Below, one piece after another: positions 23,523-34,287 of a stretch of DNA of 64,000 nt; the first letter of the stretch is position 1; every line of letters starts with the position of its first letter. The notes under the pieces were generated by a model. That model searched no databases and was not told the origin of the DNA. It saw nothing but the letters and a program-made list of their open reading frames with translations. Position numbers and translations under genes: made by a program. The stretch is from contig NC_086097.1 in assembly GCF_963921235.1 (NCBI RefSeq), forward strand, positions 197,658,001 through 197,722,000. Reading direction: 5' to 3'. This DNA comes from Mobula hypostoma. Taxonomy: Eukaryota.

Positions 23523-23736
23523 CAAACACAAAATAATCTGCAGATGCTGGGGTGAAAGCAACACTCAGAACACGCTGGAGGAACTCAGCAGGTCAGGCAG
23601 CATCCGTGGAAAAGATCGGTCGACGTTTTGGGCCTCTGCCCCTCCCCCTACAGTCCTGACGAAGGATTCCGGCCCGAAACGTCGACCGATCTTTTCCACG
23701 GATGCTGCCCGACCTGCTGAGTTCCTCCAGCATGTT
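23523..23736. mobile_element. Fold-back mini-element of Penelope terminal repeats
   Basis: Near-perfect inverted arms 23569-23634 and 23671-23736 with a 36-nt spacer. Confidence 0.8.
23653..23686 (+). ncRNA. Minimal type I hammerhead ribozyme motif, intact core
   Basis: gtc CTGACGA a ggattccggccc GAAAC GTC gac: both core boxes, a GUC triplet and stem I gtc/gac; stem II weakened by one substitution. Confidence 0.7.
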
Positions 23737-24086
23737 GGAAGATAGTCACATCTTTTAGTTCTAACTAATCCTGTGAACAGTGTTGCTTGATCACTGTGAA
23801 TGTGGTGGTCTGTAAAGAATGCTAATCTTGTTAATGATTTAACTGATTGAAACTTATTATTTTGAAAAATTTGATGCAAACAGAGCCTACATTTTTACTT
23901 GTCTTTCCTTTGTCTCCCATCTTAATGAAGTGGCCCAAATTCAGATTTATACAATGGAGTATGTATTTCCCTATTTACTTCATCTGCAATAAATTTCCAC
24001 CTTTACAGAGTAAGCTTATCTGCTGTAGCACAGATACCAACATTTGTCATTAAAGTTTATCTTTAAATTACTATTTACTCATGTAT

Positions 24087-24561
24087 GGCTGAGACTAAGC
24101 CCAGCAGAACAATTTCTTCTGATAGGAGAAGGGGTAAAGGCAGGTTACCAGAGCCTTAAAACCAGTCATTTCAGGCAGAAGGAGCTCGTCAGCTGTGGTT
24201 GCCAGCTCATCTAGGAGAAAGAAAATTGATCTCAGATCTCTGATGCCTTGTGGCTGTACTCACTCATGGGGAAGGCTTCGGGTGTAAACCTGAGGACAAC
24301 TCCGGAGCTGTGGTCCCTAAGGCAGTCCTAAATTGAGTTCAACTCTGATTGGCAACTCCTGTGACACAGCTGGAGCCGAACTGTATTGGTCACTGCTGTT
24401 CCTTTGAATTTATCAACTGCATAGCAAGGGGGAGCCTGCTATACGGGCAACAGTTTGCCTTCCATATTGTACTGCTCTAGCTTGTGTACTGACTTGCGTA
24501 TCATGTAGACAGCGTGTAATGCAGCATCAATGGTCAATCCTGACCAACAGTAGGCCTCAAG
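24087..24561 (+). mobile_element. RTE-derived non-autonomous element (5' UTR-like body plus 3' tail)
   Basis: Homologous inverted copy at 40136-40552; cagctcatctaggagaa...aaaa motif recalled from RTE 5' UTRs; 3' part homologous to the SINEs at 32921 and 34288. Confidence 0.55.
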
Positions 24562-24999
24562 TATATATAGTTTCTGTACCCACTATTCTTACTATCTTTG
24601 CAAAATGTTACAAAAATGTGAATTTTACATCTCAGAATATCTAAGGCAGATGTGTGTATATGTAAAACTAAAATTTAGAAAATGTCCAATGTCTATTTTC
24701 TTCTGTTGTGTATTTTATATATTTCAATAGACAAAAGAAAATCTGCTCCATGAACATGCATAAAATCCAACAAAATGGCTTAATGTAAATAACGATAAAT
24801 TTGAAACATCTCTTGTACAGTTGTCTATAGAATGAAGCAGTAGATTGGGCATTTGTATTTACTATCATTAATTGTGCCTCAACTTAGCAAAATTATTTTC
24901 TATGTTGGTGAATAAAAGAAATTGTGTGGTTGGAGAATTCTAATTAATTTGGATGAGCTTTCCTTGTTCTTTTTAATACCACAGTTTTGTAACTGGTGC

Positions 25000-25073
25000 A
25001 TTATTCACACAGCAATTGCTAATTGTCCAATCTAATCACACTAACATTAATTAGGAACAGCAGGTGGGTTAAT
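25000..25073. repeat. Diverged direct repeat, copy 1 (hairpin-forming)
   Basis: Ungapped 59/74 identity (hand count) with 31879-31952. Confidence 0.8.
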
Positions 25074-25519
25074 AGCAGTACATTCAGTGGTATTTATACA
25101 GTGAAATGTCATATAAGGAAACCAGCTTCTGCTTTCAGGAACCTGGCGTGCCAACAGAAAAGACAACAGTAAAAATATTGCCATAGAGATGATCCCAAGA
25201 ATATTGGGTGGTTATTCTTCTTCCATGTATTAGTTTTATTAATCCTCAAGTATTATTTTACCAAACCTTGAATTAGGGAAAACAAAAATTGCAAGCTGTT
25301 GAAGACTGAAATCAAATGGTTAGTGTTTCATGAAATATAGTGAGATTTAAATAACTGTCAATATGATTAATCTGAAATAAACTAATTTATTAGGTTAGTT
25401 TAAGTTTAATTTATTAACTAATATTGTTAATTCCCAAATATACTTTATTCAAAGCTTTATTGTGGTTACTGCAAACAAACAAAATACTTAACTCTGCAGA
25501 TGGACAAAAGGGAAAGGGG

Positions 25520-26035
25520 TTTGAGATCTGGAGATAAGGGCTACCTGAAATTGGAAATTCAATGTTTGTCCATTGTGCTGTAGACCTCCCAGGTGGAATA
25601 TGAAGTGTTGTTCCTCCAGTTTGTGTTGAACCTTGCCTTAAGACATGAGATGTAAGAGTAGAATTAGTCCATTCAATTTTGGGTGATTTATTATTCCTTT
25701 CAACTCCATTCTCTTGTTTTTTCCCCATAACCGTTGACATCCTTACTAATCAAGAACCCTACCATTCTCTGGTTTAAGTACATCCAGTGACTGAGCCTCC
25801 TCAGCCATCTGTGGCAGTGAATTCTACAGATTCACTTTCTTTGCAGCGAAGGCAGCCAGCAATCAACAGGTCAGCATGGGAACGGGAGGGGAGTTTGAAA
25901 TTGTATCCAAGTGGGAGGTCAGAGAGGACGGAGTGCATGTGTTCTGTGCATCAGTTGCCTGGTCTGTGCTTAGTCTCACAAACATGGAGGGGACCACATC
26001 AGAATGTAGTCGGCAAGTTTTTAGGGTAAAGAGCC
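25520..26035 (-). mobile_element. Old Penelope GIY-YIG fragment interrupted by a CR1 3' end (about 25640-25835)
   Basis: CGPLHVCETKHRPGN*CTEH and KLEEQHFIFHLGGLQ on the minus strand. Confidence 0.65.
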
Positions 26036-26204
26036 TGGGGCCAAGAAGGAAAGGGTGAGGAGGGATAAACGAGCCAGAAAGTCAAGGATGGTCTTTACCT
26101 TAACAGCTTACCATCTTTCCTCTCTCAGCTCCTTATTCTGCACATCATCCTTCGTTAATTCCACCAACAAATAGATGTCGCTAATAACAAATCTTTCTGC
26201 TGTG

Positions 26205-26600
26205 CTCTGCCTTCCACAGGGACGGCAAATTCTGTGACTCTCTGGTTTGCTTATCCCTAGCACTTACCCTTGTAACCACAGAGATACAATATTTGTTCTT
26301 AAACCTCCTTTCTCAGTACCATCAAGGGATGGTTCTTCCAGGTGAGGCAAAGATTCATGTACTACCCCGCTTCTAACTACTTCAATTACTACATTCTAAT
26401 ATAGCCTCCATTACAGCACCAAAACCAAAGGCAGGCAGGGTGACCAATTGGCAGTCCACCTGCATCCTGTCTGCAATGACCTGTTCATCTTTAGTCAGAG
26501 TAAGTCCCAACTCAAAGTAGAGGCATAACACTTTATATTCCACCTGTGTGGATTATAATCCACTTTATGAACATGAAATTCAGGTAACCCTATCTCCAGT
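26205..26600 (+). mobile_element. Old Penelope fragment, inverted relative to 25520-26035
   Basis: FQVRQRFM...TKGRQGDQLAVHL...KVEA*HFIFHL; caggtaaccctatctcc mirrors ggagataagggctacctg at 25530. Confidence 0.6.
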
Positions 26601-29600
26601 TCAACTTTTCTCCTAACCCCATCCCTTCCCTCTCCAACCCCTCCACTCCCAGCAGTTCTCCCTACACTCCCTCTCCTCTCCACCTCCACGCTCTTCTCCC
26701 TTCCCCTTCTCCCTCTCCCACACCTCCCACTCCCCTCCCGTCCACCTCCCCCTGCCTCCACCCTCCCCTCCTCCCCTCCCTTACCCCATCTCCTGCCTCC
26801 ACCCTCCCCTCCTCCCCTCCCTTCCCACCTCCTCCCCTCCCACTCCCCCAACCCCTCCAACTCCCCTCTCCCCTCCCCATCCCCCCTCCCCCTCTCCCTC
26901 TCCTCCCCTCCCACTCCCCCAACCCCTCCAACTCCCCCATCCCCCTCCCCCTCCCCCCTCCCCCTATCCCTCTCCCCCTCTCCCCCTCCCCCTCTCCCCT
27001 TCCCCATCTCCCCCTCCCCCTCCCCCTCTCCCCTCCCCCTCCCCCTCTCCCTCCCCCTCTCCCTCCCCCCTCCCCCTCCCTCCTCTCCCCCCCGCTCCCC
27101 CCTCTCCCCCCTCTCCCCCTCCCCCTGCCCCTCCCCCCTCTCCCCCTGCCCCTCCCCCCTCTCCCCCTCTCACTCTCCCCCTCTCACTCTCCCCCTCCCC
27201 CTCCCCCTCCCCTCCCCCCTCCCCCTCCCCTCCCCTCCCCCCTCCCCCTCTCCCCCTCTCCCCCCTCCCCCTCCCCCTCTCCCCCCTCCCCCTCCCTCCC
27301 CCTGCCCCTCTCCCCCTGCCCCTCTCCCTCTCCCCCTCTCCCCCCCTCCCCCCTCCCCTTCCCCATCTCCCCTCCCCCTCCCTCCCCCCTGCCCCTCTCC
27401 CCTCTCCCTCTCCCCCCCTCTACCCCCTCTCCCCCTCCCCCCTCCCCCTCCCTCCTCTCCCCCCCTCTCCCCCTCCCCCTCCCTCCTCTCCAACCCCTCC
27501 ACTCCCAGCAGTTCTCCCTACACTCCCTCTCCTCTCCACCTCCACGCTCTTCTCCCTTCCCCTTCTCCCTCTCCCACACCTCCCACTCCCCTCCCGTTCT
27601 CCTCCCCCTGCCTCCACCCTCCCCTCCTCCCCTCCCTTACCCCATCTCCTGCCTCCACCCTCCCCTCCTCCCCTCCCACTCCCCCAACCCCTCCAACTCC
27701 CCTCTCCACTCCCCATCCCCCCTCTCCCCTCCCCATCCCCCCTCTCCCTCTCCCTCGCCTCCCCTACCACTCCCCCAACCCCTCCAACTCCCCTCTCCCC
27801 CTCCCCCACCCCCTATCTCCCTCCCCCTCTCCCCCTCCCCCTATCCCCCTCCCCCTCCCTCTCCCCCTCTCCCCCTCTCCCCCTCCCCCTCCCTCTCCCC
27901 CTCTCCCCCCTCTCTCCCCCCTCTCCCCCTCTCCCCCTCTCACTCTCCCCCTCTCACTCTCCCCTCCCCCTCCCCTCCCCTCCCCCCTCCCCCTCCCCCC
28001 TCTCCCCTCCCCTCCCCCTCTCCCCCCTCCCCCTCTCCCCCTCTCCCCCTCTCCCCCTCCCCCCTCCCCCTCTCCCCCCTCCCCTCCCCCCTCCCCCTCT
28101 CCCCTCTCCCCCTCTCCCCCCTCCCCCTCCCCCTCCCCCTCCCCTCCCCTCCCCCTCCCCTCCCCCTCCCCTCCCCTCCACTCCCCTCCCCCTCTCCCCC
28201 TCCCCCTCTCCCCCTCTCCCCCCTCCCCCATCCCCCTCTCCCCTCTCCCCCTCCCTCTCCCCTTCCCCTCCCCTTCCCCTCCCCTCCCCCTCCCCCTCTC
28301 CCCCTCCCCTCTCCCCCCTCCCCTTCCCCATCTCCCCCTCCCCCCTCTCCCTCTCCCCTGCCCCTCTCCCTCTCCCCTCTCCCTCTCCCCCCTCCCCCCT
28401 CTCCCCTTCCCCATCTCCCCCTCCCCCTCCCCTTCCCTCCCCCCTCCCTCCCCCCTCCCCCCTCTCCCTCCCCCCTCCCCCCTCTCCCTCCCCCCTCCCC
28501 CCTCCCCCTCCCTCCCCCTCCCCCCTCCCCCTCCCTCCCCCTCCCCCCTCCCCCTCTCCCCTCTCCCTCTCCCCCTCTCCCCTCTCCCCTCTCCCTCTCC
28601 CCCTCCCTCTCTCCCTCCCTCTCTCCCTCCCTCTCCCCCTCCCTCTCTCCCTCCCTCTCCCCCCTCCCCCTCTCCCCTCTCCCCTCTCCCTCTCCCTCTC
28701 CCCCTCCCTCTCTCCCTCCCTCTCTCCCTCCCTCTCTCCCTCCCTCTCTCCCTCCCTCTCCCCCTCCCTCTCCCTTCCCCTCCCCTCCCCCTCTCCCCCT
28801 CCCCCCTCTCCCTCCCCCTCTCCCCCTCCCCCCTCTCCCTCCCCCTCCCCCTCCCCCCTCTCCCTCCCCCCTCTCCCTCCCCCTCCCCCTCCCCCCTCTC
28901 CCTCCCCCCTCTCCCTCCCCCTCCCCCTCCCCCCTCTCCCTCCCCCCTCTCCCTCCCCCCTCTCCCTCTCCCCCTCTCCCCCCTCCCCCTCCCTCCCCTC
29001 CCCCTCCTCCTCCCCTCCCCTCCCCCTCCCCCTCCCCTCCCCTCCCTCTCCCCTCCCCTCCCCTCCCCTCCCCTCCCCTCTCTCTCCCCCTCCCCTCCCC
29101 CCCCTCCCCCCTCCCCCCCCCCCTCTCCCCCTCCCCCCTCCCCCTCCCCCCTCCCCCTCTCCCTCCCCCCTCCCCCTCTCCCCCCCTCCCCCTCTCCCCC
29201 CTCCCTCTCCCCCCTCCCTCTCCCCCCTCCCTCTCCCCCCTCCCCTCTCCCCCTCCCCCTCTCCCCTTCCCCCCTCTCCCCTTCCCCCCTCTCCCCTTCC
29301 CCCCTCTCCCCTTCCCCCTCTCCCCTTCCCCATCTCCCCTTCCCCATCTCTCCCTCCCCCCTCCCTCCCCCCCCTCCCCCTCTCCCTCCCCCCTCCCCCC
29401 TCTCCCTCCCCCTCCCCCTCTCCCTCCCCCCTCCCCCTCTCCCTCCCCCTCCCCCTCTCCCTCCCCCCCTCCCCCTCTCCCCCCTCCCCCTCTCCCCCCT
29501 CCCCCTCTCCCCCTCCCCCTCTCCCCCTCCCTCTCCCCCCTCCCCTCTCCCCCTCCCCCTCTCCCCCTCCCCCTCTCCCTCTCCCCCTCTCCCTCTCCCC

Positions 29601-31725
29601 CTCCCCTCTCCCCCCCTCCCTCTCTCCCTCCCTCTCTCCCTCCCTCTCTCCCTCCCTCCCTCCCTCTCCCCCTCCCTCCCTCCCTCTCCCCCTCCCTTCC
29701 CCTCCCCTCCCCCTCTCCCCCTCCCCCTCTCCCTCCCCCTCTCCCCCTCCCCCCTCTCCCTCCCCCTCCCCCTCCCCCCTCTCCCTCCCCCTCCCCCTCC
29801 CCCCTCTCCCTCCCCCCTCTCCCTCCCCCTCCCCTCCCCCTCCCCCCTCTCCCTCCCCCTCCCCTCCCCCCTCTCCCTCCCCCTCCCCCTCCCCCCTCTC
29901 CCTCCCCCTCTCCCTCCCCCTCCCCCTCCCCCCTCTCCCTCCCCCCTCTCCCTCTCCCCCTCTCCCTCTCCCCCTCTCCCCCCTCCCCCTCCCCCCTCTC
30001 CCTCACCCCTCTCCCTCCCCCTCCCCCTCCCCCCTCTCCCTCCCCCCTCTCCCTCCCCCTCCCCCTCCCCCCTCTCCGTCCCCCTCTCCCTCCCCCTCCC
30101 CCTCCCCCCTCTCCCTCCCCCCTCTCCCTCTCCCCCTCTCCCCCCTCCCCCTCCCTCCCCGCCCCCTCCCCTCCCCCTCCTCCTCCCCTCCCCCTCCTCC
30201 TCCCCTCCCTCTCCCCCTCCCCTCCCCTCCCTCTCCCCCTCTCTCCCCCCTCCCTCCCACCTCCCCCCTCCCCCTCTCCCCCTCCCCCTCTCCCCCTCTC
30301 CCCCTCCCCCTCTCCCCCTCCCCCTCTCCCTCCCCCCTCCCCCTCTCCCTCCCCTCTCCCCCCTCCCCTCTCCCCCTCCCCCTCTCCCCCTCCCCCTCCC
30401 CTCCCCCTCTCCCTCTCCCCCTCTCCCTCTCCCCCCTCCCCCTCTCTCTCTCCCCCTCTCCCTCTCCCCCCTCCCCCTCTCCCTCTCCCCCTCTCCCCCC
30501 CTCCCTCTCCCCCTCCCCCTCTCCCCCTCCCCCTCTCCCTCTCCCCCCTCCCCCTCTCCCCCCTCCCTCTCCCCCCTCCCTCTCCCCCCTCCCCTCTCCC
30601 CTTCCCCATCTCCCCTTCCCCATCTCCCCTTCCCCATCTCTCCCTCCCCCCCTCCCTCCCCCCTCCCCCCTCCCCCCTCTCCCTCCCCCCTCCCCCTCTC
30701 CCTCCCCCTCCCCCTCCCCCTCTCCCCCTCCCCCCTCCCCCTCTCCCCCCTCCCCCTCTCCCCCCTCCCCCTCTCCCCCCTCCCTCTCCCCCCTCCCCTC
30801 TCCCCCCTCCCCCTCTCCCTCTCCCCCTCTCCCTCTCCCCCCTCCCCCTCTCCCCCCCTCCCTCTCCCCCCTCCCCTCTCCCCCCTCCCCCTCTCCCCTT
30901 CCCCCATCTCCCCTTCCCCATCTCCCCTTCCCCATCTCCCCTTCCCCTTCCCCATCTCCCCTTCCCCATCTCTCCCTCCCCCCCTCCCTCCCCCTCCCCC
31001 CTCCCCTCTCCCCCTCCCCCTCTCCCCTTCCCCCCTCTCCCCTTCCCCATCTCCCCTTCCCCATCTCCCCTCCCCCTCTCCCTCCCCTCTCCCTCCCCCC
31101 TCCCCCTCTCCCTCCCCCCTCCCCCTCTCCCTCCCCCCTCCCCCTCTCCCTCCCCCTCCCCCTCCCCCCTCTCCCTCCCCCCTCCCCCTCTCCCTCCCCC
31201 TCCCCCTCTCCCTCTCCCCCTCTCCCCCTCTCCCCCTCCCCCTCTCCCCCCTCTCCCCCTCCCCCTCTCCCCCCTCTCCCCCTACCCTCTCCCCTCTCCC
31301 CCTCTCCCCCTCCCCTCTCCCCCTCTCCTCCCTTCCCCTCTCTCCCCCCTCTCCTCCCTCCCCCTCCCCCTCTCCCTCCCTCCCCCTCCCCCCCTCCCCT
31401 CCCCCTCTCCCTCCCTCCCTCCCCTCCCCCTCTCCCTCCCTCCCTCCCCCTCCCCTCCCCCTCCCCCTCCCCCTCCCTCCCTCTCCCCCTCCCCCTCCCT
31501 CCCTCCCCCTCCCTCCCCCTCCCTCCCCCTCCCTCCCCCTCCCTCCCCCTCCCCCTCCCTCCCCCTCCCCCTCCCCCTCCCTCCCTCCCCCTCCCTCCCT
31601 CCCCCTCTCCCTCCCTCCCCCTCCCCCTCCCCCTCCCCCTCCCCCTCCCCCTCCCCCTCCCCCTCCCCTCTCCTCCCCCCTCTTCCCTCATCTACCTCAT
31701 AAAAACCCTCCTACCATCTCTCCAC
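26600..31725. repeat. About 5.1-kb homopyrimidine/homopurine low-complexity tract (C3-6 runs separated by T or TCT)
   Basis: Almost no A or G on the plus strand; internal block duplication starting at 26630 and 27486. Confidence 0.99.
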
Positions 31726-31878
31726 AATTGCATTTCCCAGTTGTTACAAATGCATTTTGTGAATAATAAAGCCCAGTAGTTTAAAATACTCCTTCGTTTG
31801 TTTGTATGGGAAACACAGGTCATTATTCTTTTACCCACCCAGGTTTTTATTCTAGTGAACCATTTTCATTGTTGCTAC

Positions 31879-31952
31879 ATTGTTCACCCAGCAGTTGCTC
31901 ATTGTCCAATCTAATAATGCTGACACTAATTAGCAAAAATAGGAGAGTTAAT
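31879..31952. repeat. Diverged direct repeat, copy 2 (hairpin-forming)
   Basis: Ungapped 59/74 identity with 25000-25073. Confidence 0.8.
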
Positions 31953-32920
31953 GGAACTTGAACAGTGAATTGCATTTAATGAGATCTCAGCATATCCTCC
32001 TTCCCTGCTTTGTGCCCGTTGGCCTGCATTATTATCCACTATAGTTGTACTTTTCTGTGGTTTTTCTGAAGAATTCTGACCCAAAGGAATGGATGGGATG
32101 TTTTCTTATACTGCAATCTTTATGGAGGTAATTTTGGTTCTCACTTGACTCCAGTGAATAGAATGGAGTCTTATATTTCTAACTGTGCAGCAGGATAACA
32201 GAAAATAGGTCTGAAGATTCTGCTAGTTGCTTTTAGTTCCTTTAGAATCATGGAAGTGTTAAATATATCAATTTGAATAAACTTTTCAGGTTTTTGTTTA
32301 AATGCTGAATGCCAGTATCTACATTAATATCTTAAATTAATATGAATTTAATGAAAAATGGTTCTTTGGTTCTCATACATCGTGAAGCTGGAATACAAAT
32401 TGGAATATATCAGATGTCTGCTAAATTAATTCCTGGTATCCAGAGAAAGAATGCTACACATCACTTGATGCAATAGCAAGTGTGAGATGGACTTGGTGAA
32501 AATTCAGATTGACTTCATATTGGAATGTAGCCTTCAATCAAACAGACTGACTTTTCTTGGAGTGAGGAAGAAAGTTATGGGAATGGGAGATGGTGTGAAA
32601 ATTAGAGCATAGATGATTTAGGCTTTTACACACATGCTGCTGCATCTGAAAATCTGAGCTCTACTTAGTCATAGATCAATAGAGTTTAGTAACAAATATC
32701 AGTTTTGTTGGGATTCATCGACATTATGCTGGGGAATAATTTCTCCAGTCCAATATGCTGTTAAATTGAAGATTGCATCAATTTCAATACAGGGTATGGT
32801 ACTGTGAAATTTAAATCAAACCAAAAAGCAAATAATTTATTAATTGTTTATTTAAAGTTATCTTCAAGAATTATTGGGTTTTTCGTGAATATACTTTTTG
32901 ATCACTTGTTTCACTTTATA

Positions 32921-33217
32921 AAGGCATCCGTAAGTCTTGCGAGACTATGGCTCTGTGCCTGGAAAGTTTTCACTCTCACAGGCCTGGGCAAGGTTGTATG
33001 GAAAACTGGCAGTTGCCCATGCTGCAAGTCTTCCCTCTCCACGACACCAATGTTGTCCAAGGGAAGGGCAAGGGCCGGTACAGCTTGGCACCAGTGTCGT
33101 TGCAGAGCACCTTAAGTGCCTTGCTCAAGGACACAACATGCCGCCTCAGCTGGGGCTCAGACTCACGACCTTCAGATCGCTAGTTGAATGCCTTAACCAG
33201 TTGGCCACGTGCTCACA
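32921..33217 (-). mobile_element. tRNA-headed SINE with RTE-derived body and tail
   Basis: Minus strand: A box tggccaactgg, B-box-like gagtctgagcc, then gtgtccttgagcaaggcacttaa; 9-bp TSD cactttata (32912-32920 / 33218-33226). Confidence 0.85.
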
Positions 33218-33449
33218 CACTTTATATGGTTTTCAAATGTGCCTCAATACAAGTGATATTTAAAATTCCTACAATTTTGACATCTTTTTTGACATCAATA
33301 TGTTTGGGAATGGAGCTTCTGCTGTATACTGAATGTGCAGAGAGATAGTATGATTGGCCCTTTGCGTTCATTCTAAGTTTAGTGTGGATATACCAGACCA
33401 ATAATGATAGCTTGAGCAGTAGACTGTGTACCACAAATAAATCAATGTA

Positions 33450-33735
33450 TTCAATCAATCTTAACTGCATGGGATGTCCATAGAGGAATGCTGCCACTAG
33501 CTTCAGGGGTATGCGCTGAGGGATGCACTGAAGCTTGGTGCAGCTGCCACAGGGGCTCAGTGGGGTAGCATGGGTAGAGAGTCACATGAGTGGCAATAAT
33601 ACTGTTATTTTTAAGAAATGTAATAGAACACTAGTTAATGCATTGTCTATGAATATAAGAAAGAAAAGACATTGCACCATTCATTCTTCTAAATTTTTAA
33701 ACTTTTAATTTAAGTTTATTTTGATATAAAAAAAT
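33450..33735 (+). mobile_element. Tx1/L1-clade LINE 3' end
   Basis: MSIEECCH*LQGYALRDALKLGAAATGAQWG, then an AT-rich UTR and A-tail; motif recalled from Tx1-type ORF2 C-termini. Confidence 0.55.
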
Positions 33736-33759
33736 ACTGCAGCTGTTTATTAAAAATGC

Positions 33760-33940
33760 AAACAAGAGGAATTCTGCAGATGCTGGAAATTCAAGCAACA
33801 CACATCAAAGTTGATGGTGAACGTAACAGGCCAGGCAGCATCTGTAGGAAGAGGTACAGTCGACGTTACAGGCTGAGACCCTTCGTCAGGACTAACTGAA
33901 GGAAGAGTTAGTAAGAGATTTGAAAGTGGGAGGGGGAGGG
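33760..33940 (-). mobile_element. Solo Penelope terminal repeat with hammerhead motif at 33858-33893
   Basis: Closely similar to 17222-17397; minus strand agtc CTGACGA a gggtctcagcct GTAAC GTC gact. Confidence 0.85.
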
Positions 33941-34287
33941 CCCCTCAGTTTTTAAACAGCATCAGTTGCGTGAATTTATGTTTTTTAAAAAAACTGTGAT
34001 TTTGGTCACTGATAGTTGGCGAGAAATAAGCAGTAAGGCAATTCAGAACTGTTTTATTCATTGTGGTTTCAAGCATTCAGGGTTGGAGATGCTAGAAACG
34101 ACCGGGAGTGAAAATGAAACGATTTAACTACTTCAACAAGTTAGCAACTACAAAGAATTTGAAAGTATTGACGATCATCTTAAATTTTACAACTAAAAGG
34201 AAGATTTGGAGGATGCAGTTGTCAACAAGGTTGTATGAAAGCCGTCCATTATCTGCACGAGATGTCTGCGCTGATTTTGTTCATTTA

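Noticed and set aside
24985..25063. Coding exon or H/ACA snoRNA call for the duplicated hairpin
   Set aside because: All three frames contain stops; the H box is not kept in copy 2 and there is no convincing second hairpin with an ACA box. Kept only as an unexplained structure.
26495..31691. Very long Gly/Glu/Arg-rich ORFs (up to 1063 aa) on the minus strand
   Set aside because: A purine-only strand cannot contain stop codons, so all frames are open; this is an artefact of the low-complexity tract.
33150..33217. tRNA-like sequence with A and B boxes (also about 34520-34587)
   Set aside because: It is a SINE head, fused to a repeat body and flanked by TSDs; no complete cloverleaf.
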